A DNA stretch of 63,859 nucleotides, the filler included. It is 6 parts of 6 records of this genome, joined end to end, with 100 filler letters (N's around TTAATTAATTAA, not from the genome) between each part and the next. Parts side by side here need not be neighbours in the genome. Positions count along the whole stretch, not along the records: positions 40,995 to 56,382 come from SRR31156797_7550; positions 56,483 to 63,859 come from SRR31156797_7598; 4 more parts are not named here. One strand, given 5' to 3'. The notes beneath the pieces are model-generated. The model was not told the DNA's origin. It made no database searches and saw nothing but the letters and a program-made list of their open reading frames with translations. A program made the position numbers and the translations under genes. Positions 47,363-57,910 of the stretch are shown here, in pieces; the stretch's first letter is position 1, and each line of letters starts with the position of its first letter.

Positions 47363-48709
47363 CTACTTTTTCTGGTCCCATTTGCGCAGAAAAATCCTGA
47401 AACCAGGATCATTTATTTTTGCAATATCGGTATCTTCAAGGACAGTAAAGCCGGATTCAACAGCAATTCCAATGTGTTTTCCAAGGGAGCAGCTTGTAAT
47501 TTTTTCATTCAGCAGCTCTGTTGCCTTTGTAAACTTTCTTTTTATATCTGCAACATAGAATCCTTCTTCAATGTATAGAGAGAATAGTTCATCAGAATTC
47601 TGGTACTTATCCTTGAAACTTTTTGCATGTTCATACACCCAGACTGGCGGTCCTCTGTGCTTTTTTACAAGAGGAAGCTGTGGTGACATTAGCTCTACCA
47701 GAACGATCGCATTTTCATTTACCCGGTATCCTGAATTAAGAACCTGGAACTCGTATTCTTCAAAAAGGACACGTACTGATTGCTCCATTTTATCCAGCTG
47801 GGGATAAAGTATATCGTCTACAATGTCCGGCACATTAAAAACGATGGCAACAAATGAGCTTCTTCTTGATGTAATCATTTCGATAATTTCATCGTCACGC
47901 ATGGGTTCTTTTTCCACCGGGAAGAAGAATTCCTCGGAAGGTTCTTCTGAGTATGTTCTGCAGGCATCGATAAAGTTTGCAAACTGGTTAAGGGAAAGTG
48001 CAGCTGCAACATTGCGTTTAGGGTCAGTAGGATCAACAACAACAAGTGGGTCTTTATGTTTGACAGTTCCATGTTCCAGCATGTCAATTGTAAGTCCTGG
48101 TTTCCAGTTACAAGCATTTCTGACGACATTGCGGAACGAACCGTAGTGAACTATCAGGAGTTCTGTAAGGTATCCTGAAAATCCCTGGGTGCGAAGTTCC
48201 GAACCATAGGTTCCGGTTCCTTTCATGAACTGCTTCATTACAAGTACATCATTTTCCCTTCCGGGTATACTCATTTTGATAAATTCATTGTGGAATGGTG
48301 TCCTGTCAACGGCAGAAATTATTTCAGATGCGCAGTCAACTGCAAAACAGGGGACAATATCGACATCAAAACCTTTGTACTCCATATTCAGGTATGGATG
48401 CTCAGCATAGCGCTCTTCTACATTGTATCCATCTTTTGCAACTTCCCTGGCAATGAGGAGTCCGTTCTTTTCCAGATCTTCCCTGCTTGTATCTGTGGGA
48501 AAAGACATGAAAATATCAAGGTCATGGGTGCCGGATATCCATGTGTCTCTTGCAGCAGAACCGACTAGTTTAGGTGTGATTCCGTTAATTCCAAGCTCCA
48601 TGGCTGCCTCACTGACTATTTTCAGCAATTCTGAAGTTACTTCTTCAAGCTTCCGTTTTTCGTCAGTACTGGGCTTTATCCTTTCAAGTACCTGTTCTTC
48701 AAGTGTCAT
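47363..48709 (-). CDS. cca: Archaeal class I CCA-adding tRNA nucleotidyltransferase
   Basis: VGSAARDTW...DLDIF, YAEHPY, SAVDRTPFH, GFSGYLTEL and DPTDPKRNVAAA motifs. Confidence 0.95.
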   Translation of the reverse strand: MTLEEQVLERIKPSTDEKRKLEEVTSELLKIVSEAAMELGINGITPKLVGSAARDTWISGTHDLDIFMSFPTDTSREDLEKNGLLIAREVAKDGYNVEERYAEHPYLNMEYKGFDVDIVPCFAVDCASEIISAVDRTPFHNEFIKMSIPGRENDVLVMKQFMKGTGTYGSELRTQGFSGYLTELLIVHYGSFRNVVRNACNWKPGLTIDMLEHGTVKHKDPLVVVDPTDPKRNVAAALSLNQFANFIDACRTYSEEPSEEFFFPVEKEPMRDDEIIEMITSRRSSFVAIVFNVPDIVDDILYPQLDKMEQSVRVLFEEYEFQVLNSGYRVNENAIVLVELMSPQLPLVKKHRGPPVWVYEHAKSFKDKYQNSDELFSLYIEEGFYVADIKRKFTKATELLNEKITSCSLGKHIGIAVESGFTVLEDTDIAKINDPGFRIFLRKWDQKK

Positions 48710-48821
48710 TTTTGATCGTTTGATATTATTATAATGTGATTTACGGGAGCTAATTATTAAAAACTAATGAACGTTCTTTCAGATATAGAATATTCAATAT
48801 AGTTGAAAATACCATTGAGGT

Positions 48822-49946
48822 TTAGCAAATCCCGATATTCTCTTTTTTTATGACGTGGTTATAGTTTTTGTAACCAAGAATGTCAGCTATCATGTCGGTG
48901 TGTTGTCCCTTGACCCTGTCCAGTTCGTCGGAGCTGTAGTCTGTGATGCCCTTTGCAAAGACTTTTCCCTGGCATATTATCTCAACGATCTCTCCCCTGT
49001 CAAATTCACCACCAACTCCGGCAACTCCCGATGGAAGCAGGCTCATGCTGCTGAGTATTGCATCTCTTGCTCCGGTATCTACCTCAATAGCACCACATGA
49101 TTTTGAGAGTAGTATCCAGCGAATTCTGTTTTTGTGTACATCCTGGTTTGCAAGGAACAATGTTCCTATCTCTTCACCGGCCAGCACTTTTGTGATCACG
49201 TTATCGGTGGCACTGTTGGTAATCACCATGTAGCTACCAGACATGTAACATATCTTAGCAGCCTCGATTTTTGTCCTCATCCCGCCAACACCTTTCATGC
49301 TAGTGGGACTGCCTCCGTAGCTTTCGATCTCCGGGGTAATCTCCTCCACAAGTGTCAGGAGTGTGGCATCGCTGTTACGCTTCGGGTTTTTGTCATAAAG
49401 GCCGTCGATATCAGAAAGGATTATCAGGAGGTCTGCTTCCATCTTGCTGGCGACCATTGCAGAAAGCTTGTCGTTGTCGCCGAATGTTGCTTCGATCTCA
49501 TTGACGGATGTGCTGTCGTTCTCATTGACAATTGGTATTACACCATAACTCAGAAGTGTGGATATGCTGTTCCTGAGGTTTAAATATGTCAGCCGATTAG
49601 AAAATGATTCATATGTAAGGAGTATCTGAGCGACCTTAAGGTTGTGTTTTGCGAAGGCGTTGCTCCATTCTTGCATAAGGACACTTTGGCCGACGGCGGC
49701 ACATGCCTGTCTAACAGGTATCTCTTTTGGCCGTGTATCAAAATCCAGGATATCGATACCGATACCAACAGCCCCTGAGCTTACAAGAATCACTTTCTTT
49801 CCCATCTCATGAAGTTCTGCAACCTGTGCAGCCATGTTCTCCATGAACTGGCGATTGAGCTTACCGTCCTCTGTATTGATAGAAGATGTGCCTATCTTTA
49901 CGACTATCTTGTTCACATCGCTGAAGAGCTCTTTCCTGTCCGTCAA
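48822..49946 (-). CDS. proB: Glutamate 5-kinase with PUA domain
   Basis: VVKIGTSS, VSSGAVG, NEND, FGDNDKL and GGMRTK motifs; PUA C-terminus. Confidence 0.95.
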   Translation of the reverse strand: MTDRKELFSDVNKIVVKIGTSSINTEDGKLNRQFMENMAAQVAELHEMGKKVILVSSGAVGIGIDILDFDTRPKEIPVRQACAAVGQSVLMQEWSNAFAKHNLKVAQILLTYESFSNRLTYLNLRNSISTLLSYGVIPIVNENDSTSVNEIEATFGDNDKLSAMVASKMEADLLIILSDIDGLYDKNPKRNSDATLLTLVEEITPEIESYGGSPTSMKGVGGMRTKIEAAKICYMSGSYMVITNSATDNVITKVLAGEEIGTLFLANQDVHKNRIRWILLSKSCGAIEVDTGARDAILSSMSLLPSGVAGVGGEFDRGEIVEIICQGKVFAKGITDYSSDELDRVKGQHTDMIADILGYKNYNHVIKKENIGIC

Positions 49947-50009
49947 AAGTGATGCTCCTTTGTTCCTGCTGATTTAACTGGTCCTTGTTCTTTTTACTCT
50001 TCGTTTCGG

Positions 50010-51365
50010 CTATTTAGTGGAAAGGACACTAGAGGCTTCCTTGTTAAGCTTTCGGTGTGTGAATTTCTTAGCTTCAGATCCGGCATAGTCTGCGACCTTG
50101 TCGCCGTTACCCACTAAGATGTACTTGTAGATGAGAAGTCCTTCCATTCCAACCGGACCACGTGCATGGATCTTGTTGGTACTGATCCCTACTTCCGCAC
50201 CTTTTCCATAGCGGAAACCGTCTGCAAACCTCGTGGATGCGTTGAGCATCACACTGGATGAATCGATGAGGTCGGTGAACTTCTTCTTTTTGAGTTCGTT
50301 CTCGGTTATGATGCCATCGGTGTGATGGGAACCGTAGTTGTTGATGTGTTCGATTGCATCATCCATTGACTCTATTATCTTAATGGAAAGTGTCAGGTCG
50401 TTGTACTCGGTCTTCCAGTCGTCTTCTGTTGCTCTTAAGATGCTCTTGAGGAAGTCGATTTCTTCCAGTATCTTAAAGGATCCTTCGTCACAGCGTAGTT
50501 CCACGCCAGCTTCATCATACATTCTTGCCATCTTTGGCAGGAATTTGTTGGCGATGCTCTTGTTGATCAGAAGTGTCTCCATTGCGTTACATACGGCAGG
50601 GTACTGTACTTTTGAATCGAAACAGACATCATATGCCTTTGAAAGATCAGCCTCGTTATCAACATATATGTGGCAGATACCGTCTGCATGACCCAGGACT
50701 GGTATCTTTGTGTTATCCTGCATGTATTTCACAAAAGAGTTGGAACCTCTTGGAATAAGCAGGTCTATGTATGCATCCATACTCAGGATATCGTTGACCT
50801 CTTCCCTTGTTTCCATTAACTGAAATGCGCCTGCAGGCATTCCATTTACGGATTCAGCGGCAACGTTTAAGAGATCGAATATCACACGGTTGGAGTTAAG
50901 TGCCTCACTTCCACCTTTGAATGTGGTTGCATTCCCGCTCTTAAGGCAGAGGGACATGACCTGTGGCACCACATCAGGACGTGCTTCAAAGATCACTCCG
51001 ATAAGCCCGATCGGAGAACTTACCTGATAGAGCTCAAGTCCCTTGTCAAGTTCAAGAGCGTTGAGGGTCTTACCTACAGGGTCTTCGAGGTTGATAACAT
51101 CACGGATGCCATCTATCATTCCGCTTATCTTGCTGTCGCTGACCTTGAGTCTGTCCACAAGAGCCTGTGAAAGTTCTCCTTTTCTCTTGAGTTTCTCTGC
51201 TGTCTCAACGTCCTTTTGGTTTGCCTCGAGTATCTGATCGCGATTATCGTCAAGTGCCTGTGCCATTGCTTCAAGCGCCTCGTTCTTCGTGTCTGTGCTG
51301 ACACTTGCAAGGATGATGGATGCTTTCTTTGCTTCAATGATCTTTTCTTCAATTTCAAGAACCAT
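50010..51365 (-). CDS. proA: Gamma-glutamyl phosphate reductase
   Basis: IFEARP, LIPRG, GICH, VCNAMET, SHHTD, NASTRF and GISTNKIHARGP motifs; start placed at ATG 51365. Confidence 0.95.
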   Translation of the reverse strand: MVLEIEEKIIEAKKASIILASVSTDTKNEALEAMAQALDDNRDQILEANQKDVETAEKLKRKGELSQALVDRLKVSDSKISGMIDGIRDVINLEDPVGKTLNALELDKGLELYQVSSPIGLIGVIFEARPDVVPQVMSLCLKSGNATTFKGGSEALNSNRVIFDLLNVAAESVNGMPAGAFQLMETREEVNDILSMDAYIDLLIPRGSNSFVKYMQDNTKIPVLGHADGICHIYVDNEADLSKAYDVCFDSKVQYPAVCNAMETLLINKSIANKFLPKMARMYDEAGVELRCDEGSFKILEEIDFLKSILRATEDDWKTEYNDLTLSIKIIESMDDAIEHINNYGSHHTDGIITENELKKKKFTDLIDSSSVMLNASTRFADGFRYGKGAEVGISTNKIHARGPVGMEGLLIYKYILVGNGDKVADYAGSEAKKFTHRKLNKEASSVLSTK

Positions 51366-51595
51366 GAATAAACCACCTGGGTTTGTTAAAAGAGTGATGT
51401 TAGATTTATTATATAGTATAGAGGTATTGCACATAGTTCTTTGGTTTTATATTTGTCGATTATGGTTGCATATTGTTCTTTACTTGCTATGAACTTCCAA
51501 CGTTGATGACAAAACACTAAAGCTAAATATGACTATGAATCTTATACTATATTTGTAAATATTAATATTATTTTTTAAAACGGTAGTGTATAACT

Positions 51596-52609
51596 ATGAA
51601 TTTAAGGGGTTCTTATAGGGCATTGCGAGACAATTCAAAATCAGCAATAATTGCTTCTATTGAAATATACAACAAACCCAATTTTCAATATAGGAATGAA
51701 ACATTCATTATACTTTTCTTGAATTCATGGGAACTATTGTTCAAAGCAATAATCTCTAAAAGCAAGAAATCAATCTATTACAAAAAGGAAAAAGGGAAGC
51801 CTTATAGAACATATTCGTTAACTGATTCTATGAAGAGATGCAAAGATTTCTTCCCAGAAGACATTCCGTTTGTTGCAATATATGAGAACATAAACATATT
51901 GAAAATATACAGGGATAATGCTGTTCACTTTTACAATTGCAACGAATTTGATTCACTAATTTATGACCTGGTTCAGACCAGTATAATTAATTATAGGGAT
52001 GTTTTAAAACATTTCTTTAATGTAGAATTAGCTGATGAAATATCAATAAATCTCCTTCCACTATCATTTAGACCTCCTATAGATCCCATTACCTATCTAA
52101 AACCAAGCACAATCTCTATGGAGAAAAAAGGAGCTATTAATCAGTTCCGTAAAGAAATAATTGAATCTATCCAGTCTTTAGAACATGAAGGAATTGATAC
52201 TGGCAGGTTAATTACTACTTATAAGGTAAAACTAGAATCTGTCAAAAAAGTAACAAGTTCTGATATTGTTGTAGGGGTTGCTTCAATTGATGATTTGGGA
52301 GAAAATCCGCTAATTATTGAAAGAAAAACAGATCCTAATAAAACTCATCCTTTAATCCAAGCGGCTATTGTTAAAAAAATTGGTGAGCTACAGGGTATTA
52401 AGTTTACACAATACGTATTTCAGGCCATAATTAGGAAATACAATTTAAAAGAAAATTCCGTATTCTGTTGGATTGATGTTCATACGGAAAGACCTTATTA
52501 TTCACAAGATATTTTTGCATTTTTGAAGAAGCTAACCGCCTCTGAAATAGACCGGGCAATTGAGGAATATAAAAGATATCTTAGCGACAAACGAAAGTCT
52601 AAAAAATAA
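51596..52609 (+). CDS. DUF3644-like protein, putative HEPN RNase
   Basis: SIEIYNKP.F.YR.E.F..L..NSWELL.KA N-terminus, RDNAVH (Rx4H) motif, very AT-rich. Confidence 0.75.
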   Translation: MNLRGSYRALRDNSKSAIIASIEIYNKPNFQYRNETFIILFLNSWELLFKAIISKSKKSIYYKKEKGKPYRTYSLTDSMKRCKDFFPEDIPFVAIYENINILKIYRDNAVHFYNCNEFDSLIYDLVQTSIINYRDVLKHFFNVELADEISINLLPLSFRPPIDPITYLKPSTISMEKKGAINQFRKEIIESIQSLEHEGIDTGRLITTYKVKLESVKKVTSSDIVVGVASIDDLGENPLIIERKTDPNKTHPLIQAAIVKKIGELQGIKFTQYVFQAIIRKYNLKENSVFCWIDVHTERPYYSQDIFAFLKKLTASEIDRAIEEYKRYLSDKRKSKK

Positions 52610-52744
52610 ATATCTTTTAATTTTTTTATAACATGGAATTTCCTTTTCTTAGATTTCTTTATCAATAATCATTTTGTATGACTTGACAGGAAATTAATAT
52701 GAACACACGCGAATACAGTCAGAGAAAATAGAACCTCAAAGATT

Positions 52745-52965
52745 ACTCGTACTCCGACTTATTATATCAACATACTCCGAAAAAGGTACTTCTTCTATCT
52801 CTTTTTACCGGTGATCTCTTTCAAAATACCAATTTCTTCGAACCTGTTCATGAGATTTGTCACGGTGACGGATGTTATATCAAGTCTCTCTATAACATTC
52901 TTGTTGTTGATTAGATGGCTTCCAAAGTCAAGATGCCTTATAGCAATTAATTGGAGTCTTTTCAT
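52745..52965 (-). pseudogene. Remnant of Fic-family protein C-terminal winged-HTH
   Basis: ...LMNRFEEIGILKEITGKKR*KKYLF then a frameshift to SEYVDIISRST. Internal stop, frameshift and no Fic core. Confidence 0.6.
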
Positions 52966-53055
52966 GCTTGATTGCTATATAATATTCTACATCCAGATGA
53001 TTACCTGCGTGAATTTAATTTAGCAAGCAAGCGAAGAATTTCAAGGTAGAGCCAT

Positions 53056-53736
53056 ATGGACGTAACCAAAAGTTCGAATGCACTGTACCATTCCATGTAT
53101 TTTGGAGCATGGACTATAGTGCAAAAGGCTGATGCTCCGAAACTATTGATACTTGACTGGATGATGCCCGGTATGGACGGTCTGGAACTTTGCCGGAAGC
53201 TACGTGCGAAAAGACCGAATGATGCTTTTTACATAATTCTTCTGACATCTAAAAACGATCCACAAGACATTGCGCAGGGCCTGGAAGCCGGGGCAGATGA
53301 TTATATTTCTAAACCATTTGAAAATCTTGAACTTCGTGCCAGAGTAAATGTTGGTACGAGGATACTTGCATTAAGCGATAAAATGCTGGAACCTGAAAAG
53401 AACAGATGTGCAGTCGATGCCATCGATGAGATCTGCCAGGAAATGATTCAGCCTCTTCAATCAGTCCTGGCTTGGTCTGAGATGCTACTCATGGATCTGC
53501 CTGAGGATGATACCAACTATCAGGCGCTGAAAACTATCAAGGACGGAACCGGAAGAATTGGATCTCTGGCCAGAAGGATAATGAATATCTCTAAACAACA
53601 AAAAAGTCTCTATAGATCTCCTGTTCCTGGTTATTTAATAATACTAAATTTAACTCTGATTTTTCCACAACATATAAATATAATATTAAACAAAATGAAA
53701 CTACAGACGCAATACATAAAAACTATAAAGATGTAA
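53056..53736 (+). pseudogene. Degenerate response regulator (receiver lacking N-terminal strand plus HisKA-like helix)
   Basis: LILDWMMPGMDG, LLTS and GADDYISKPF are present, but the first beta strand and acidic pair are missing. ICQEMIQPLQ lacks the H-box His. Confidence 0.55.
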
Positions 53737-53904
53737 TGCGGAGTGAATTATATATTGCATTGGTTGGTGGTGTATTGGAATTTCCTATGCGTATAAAAAA
53801 TGGATATAAATTTTATTGGAATTATGTTAGTTTTAAGCCGTTTGTGCTCAATATTAGGCTAAGCATTATTGCAAGAGGGGCATGTAGTACCAGAGGTATT
53901 GGAA

Positions 53905-54732
53905 ATGATGGCTGAACAGGGACAACTAACAAAGGCAGAATATACTAACTCCATTGGGATGGAGTTCATAAAAGTTTCTGCCGGTGAGTTCATGATGGGT
54001 TCAGATAGGTATATTTCTGAAACACCTTTTCATAAGGTAAAAATTTCAAAGCAACTCTATTTTGGTAAGTATCCCGTAACCCAGGCTGAATGGATTGCTG
54101 TGATGGGCGTCAATCCCTCACACTTCAAGAATGACAGGAATCCTGTTGAAAATATATCGTGGGATGATGTACAGCAGTTCATCATGAAGCTGAATTCAAA
54201 GGAAGGTACTGACAAGTACCGTCTACCCTCTGAATCAGAGTGGGAGTATGCCTGCAGGGCGGGTACGACTACAAAGTACTCTTTTGGTGATGAGGCATCA
54301 AAACTGTGTGAGCATGCATGGTACAATGGTTATGAAACATTTGAAGAGTCGAGTAAGAACCTTGATCAAATTTATGAAAATGGCAGTACTCATCCGGTAG
54401 GTATGAAAAAACCAAATCCATGGGGGCTCTACGATATGCACGGTAATGTTTGGGAATGGGTTCAGGACACCTGGCATGACACTTATGAAGGTGCACCAGT
54501 TAATGGTGGTGCCTGGGAAAAAGAAACAAATCCGCAATCCGATACAATGGATAATTGTACTTCCGATCAGTATGGTCCTGATAGCAATAAAGTAGATTAT
54601 AGCTCTTACAGGGGTATTCGTGGTGGCGGATGGGGTCGTTTCTCCAGGTGTTGTGAGTCATCAAACCGTGGTCGTGCCAGTCCTACACATTGCAGTAACG
54701 GTATTAGTTTCCGTCTTCTCAGGGAATTGTAA
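53905..54732 (+). CDS. Formylglycine-generating enzyme (FGE-sulfatase/SUMF1) domain protein
   Basis: NSIGMEF, FMMGS, YPVTQ, PVE.ISW, RLPSESEWEYACRAG, NPWGLYDMHGNVWEW, RGGGW and FRL motifs. Confidence 0.92.
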   Translation: MMAEQGQLTKAEYTNSIGMEFIKVSAGEFMMGSDRYISETPFHKVKISKQLYFGKYPVTQAEWIAVMGVNPSHFKNDRNPVENISWDDVQQFIMKLNSKEGTDKYRLPSESEWEYACRAGTTTKYSFGDEASKLCEHAWYNGYETFEESSKNLDQIYENGSTHPVGMKKPNPWGLYDMHGNVWEWVQDTWHDTYEGAPVNGGAWEKETNPQSDTMDNCTSDQYGPDSNKVDYSSYRGIRGGGWGRFSRCCESSNRGRASPTHCSNGISFRLLREL

Positions 54733-55389
54733 TTACCTGCTGCTTTATATCTTTATAACTTTATTGAAATACTTGTATGAAGACACTACATCTCATCCCA
54801 GGCTGGTGCGTGCGTAACCGCACAGGTGAGGTGCACAAGATATGAAAAAACTCATTTTGAAAAAAATGTATGCCCAAAATATTCACCATCAAATATGAGG
54901 AAAGGTCAGAGGGCTTCTGGATGAGCAATGTGTAATTTCCCTGCTGGCAAGGATGCTCGGTATACGTTTTCATTTTAGCAGAACGATTCTGTATTTACTA
55001 TGCTATCTTCAATTCTAAATAAAGGATTCTTTACGTAGAGCTTCATTTTCTATTTTAAGCAAAGCAGATTTGCATTTGACATGAAAATATGCAGACTGTT
55101 GGTATCTACATAAAAACATTATAATCACTGATAAAAAGAATGAACGCCGATTAAAAAACCGACGTTCTTGTGGGGTTTGGGGGGTGGTACTATTTTAAAA
55201 ATAGTTTCAGGCTCTAATAGAGTAATGAATTATATATAGCCTTGCATTTCAAATAAAATTAAAACACCACTTATGTGCATTATGGCTGATTTTAGTACAA
55301 ATCACCATGCTCTGACACATGTTAACACACAACAAGCATTTGGATATCTTTATCAATAATCATTAAGTATGGGCTAGCAGGAGATTAAC

Positions 55390-56382
55390 ATGAGCACACG
55401 CGAGTACATGCTGGGAAACGTTGCAATTGCACGCGGTATCGTTGAAGGAGGCGGACAGGTTATATCCGGTTATCCGGGAACACCGTCATCAGAGATCATC
55501 GGTACTCTGGCAGGAATGAAGGAAAGGGATTTTTACGTAGAATGGTCGGTCAACGAGAAGGTCGCACTTGAGGTGGCAGCCGGTGCTGCAATGACTGGTG
55601 TCCGTTCCGTGGTCACAATGAAGCACGTTGGACTTAATGTTGCAGCAGACCCTCTGATGACTCTGGCTTATACAGGTGTCAAGGGTAGTATGGTCATCAT
55701 CGTTGCTGATGATCCATCATGCCATTCATCACAGAATGAGCAGGATACCCGCAGGTACTCACAGTTCTCACTCATACCATGTCTGGACCCCTGCACTCCG
55801 CAGGAAGCCAAGGACATGATTGCCTATGCATTTGAATTCTCTAACAAGGTGCAGATGCCTGTCATCTTCAGACCCACAACACGTATCTCACACGGAAAAT
55901 CCGATGTAGAACTTGGATATGTGAATGAGGCAAGACCTGCAGCAGAGTTTGTGAAAGAACTGGAAAGATGGGTCATGGTTCCGAAGAATGCAAGGGTGCA
56001 ACATGTACGTCTGCTTGAGGTCCAGAGGACTATTCAGAAAGAACTTGAAAACTCACCCTGGAATTCCCTTGAACTCAGCGAAGGTGCAAAGGTAGGAGTT
56101 ATTGCATCAGGTATCGCTTCTGTATATGCAAAGGAAGCCATCATCAAACAGGGTGTCAATGCATCATTCCTCAAGATAGGAACCTACCCTGTCCCAGAGA
56201 ACAAGATCCGCACCCTCATGGAGAACTCAGAACGTATCATCATATTCGAGGAAATGGAACCAGTTGTCGAGGAGCAGGTCAGGATAATGGCACAAGAGGC
56301 TGGATCAGATGTTGAGATTGTCGGTAAGTTTCAGGGTCCTGTCCCGAGGGTTTATGAACTGAACACCGACATCTGTTCAGAC
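55390..56382 (+). CDS. iorA: Indolepyruvate:ferredoxin oxidoreductase alpha subunit, 3'-truncated
   Basis: GN.AIARG, YPGTPSSE, NEKVALE, MKHVGLNVAADP and SSQNEQD motifs. Confidence 0.93.
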
Positions 56383-56482
56383 NNNNNNNNNNNNNNNNNN
56401 NNNNNNNNNNNNNNNNNNNNNNNNNNTTAATTAATTAANNNNNNNNNNNNNNNNNNNNNNNNNNNNNNNNNNNNNNNNNNNN
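56383..56482. other. Artificial contig spacer
   Basis: N44-TTAATTAATTAA-N44. Confidence 0.99.
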
Positions 56483-57487
56483 TCCGTATTCTCCAAGTTT
56501 CACTTTCCATTCGTCGTAAGAATAACCGGGAAGCGGAGAATATTCCATCAACATTTTGTCACTTGGGATATCATCCGATACTGCACGTGTACCATCATCA
56601 AAGCCAAAATAATCTGTTGAACTTTGGGTTCCTACCAAGTATTCGGCCCCAAGAAATGAGCTTTTACCACTCAATCCGAATTTTGCATTCAAAATTCGAG
56701 TATCGGGATAAGCTTTGGTTTTAATATTCAATGCGCCACCGGCAAATACGCCAGGGAGATCAGGTGTATAAGTTTTATAAGCCGTAATACTTTCAAGTAT
56801 ACCTGTGGTGAACAGATCCAGTGGAACGGCTTTCTTTTCCGGCTCCGGACTTGGAATCGGTACGCCGTTCATGGCTGTTGAAACATAACGATCGCTCAAT
56901 CCACGAACCGAAACATATTTCCCATCTTGAAGAGACACACCCGTGATGCGTTTTACCGCATCAGCTGCGTTACCGTCACCGGCTCGCGACATCTGATCAG
57001 CGGATACACCGTCTTGGATCTTGTCGCTTTTCATCTGTTCGGCAAGAATAAAAATATCGGAATTTGCTTTCGCGGTAGCATTCACGACCACTTCATCAAG
57101 ATTCATCACATCTGACACAAGTGTAATGTTTACCTTGTTCTGATCATTTGCCACAACAGACACTGCCGTGATCTCCTGACTTTCATATCCAACATATGAA
57201 ACAAACAGATTATAAACACCTACAGGAACACCCGAGATATAATAGTTACCGTCAAGGTCGGTTGCGGAGCCGTAAACGGTTCCCTTTAACATAACATTGG
57301 CACCGATCAATGCTTCTCCGGTCTTTTGGTCTATGACCCTTCCGCCGATCTTACCGTTTTCGTTCGCGTAAACAAAAGCCGTCAAACACAGGACGGCAAC
57401 AAAAGCAAACAGCATCTTGAACGAAATAGAACGTCGCGAACTATTCCGGTTAAGATTTCCCACATCTGTTTTTACCCTCTGCCACAT
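56483..57487 (-). CDS. TonB-dependent receptor (carboxypeptidase-regulatory-like N-domain plus plug), 3'-truncated
   Basis: AAAGGAG RBS before the ATG at 57487; signal peptide; GRVID..TGE.LIGANV...TDLDGNY, LDEVVV, VRGL..RY and PLDLF motifs. Confidence 0.88.
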
Positions 57488-57861
57488 TAGTATTTCTCCT
57501 TTTATCGATCTTCTAAAGATTTTCTCTATACATACAAAAATGCCGTTAAAAAGTAACGGCACCAACAATGCATATAATAAATACGGTTGCAATCGCAAAA
57601 GACGACAAGAGTCGTCCAGACGACATTCGCCTCTTTTCTCTCTTGCCCACTTTGTATGTTTTTTTAGACATAGTATTGCCTTGCACTGTCTTTGGTTTTT
57701 CTTGACAACCTTATTTATTCTGGTGGAATATATAGACAATAGAATTGAGTGCAATAGCTTTTCTATAATTAATGTGTATAATATTTTATCTAATTCTGTA
57801 TCTATTTGATATTACACAATTTACGATAAGTAAAATAATGTGCATATTTTACCTTCAATAT

Positions 57862-57889
57862 AAAAAAATAACCGGGCGAACCCGGTTAT
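57862..57889 (-). terminator. Rho-independent terminator after response regulator
   Basis: ATAACCGGG-TTCG-CCCGGTTAT followed by a T-tract on the minus strand. Confidence 0.85.
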
Positions 57890-57910
57890 AATAGTATGAT
57901 CTATAGTGAC

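Noticed and set aside
52790-52800. In-frame TAG as a pyrrolysine codon in the Fic-like fragment
   Set aside because: A frameshift follows within a few codons and the catalytic Fic domain is absent, so decay is the simpler explanation.
53905-55389. FGE-sulfatase (CLec-fold) gene as a diversity-generating retroelement target
   Set aside because: I found no reverse transcriptase and no template repeat resembling its 3' end on this contig. A remote DGR cannot be excluded.
57780-57840. Pho-box-like direct repeats upstream of the TonB-dependent receptor
   Set aside because: TTAC half-sites are too degenerate and not at a clean 11-bp period in AT-rich DNA.
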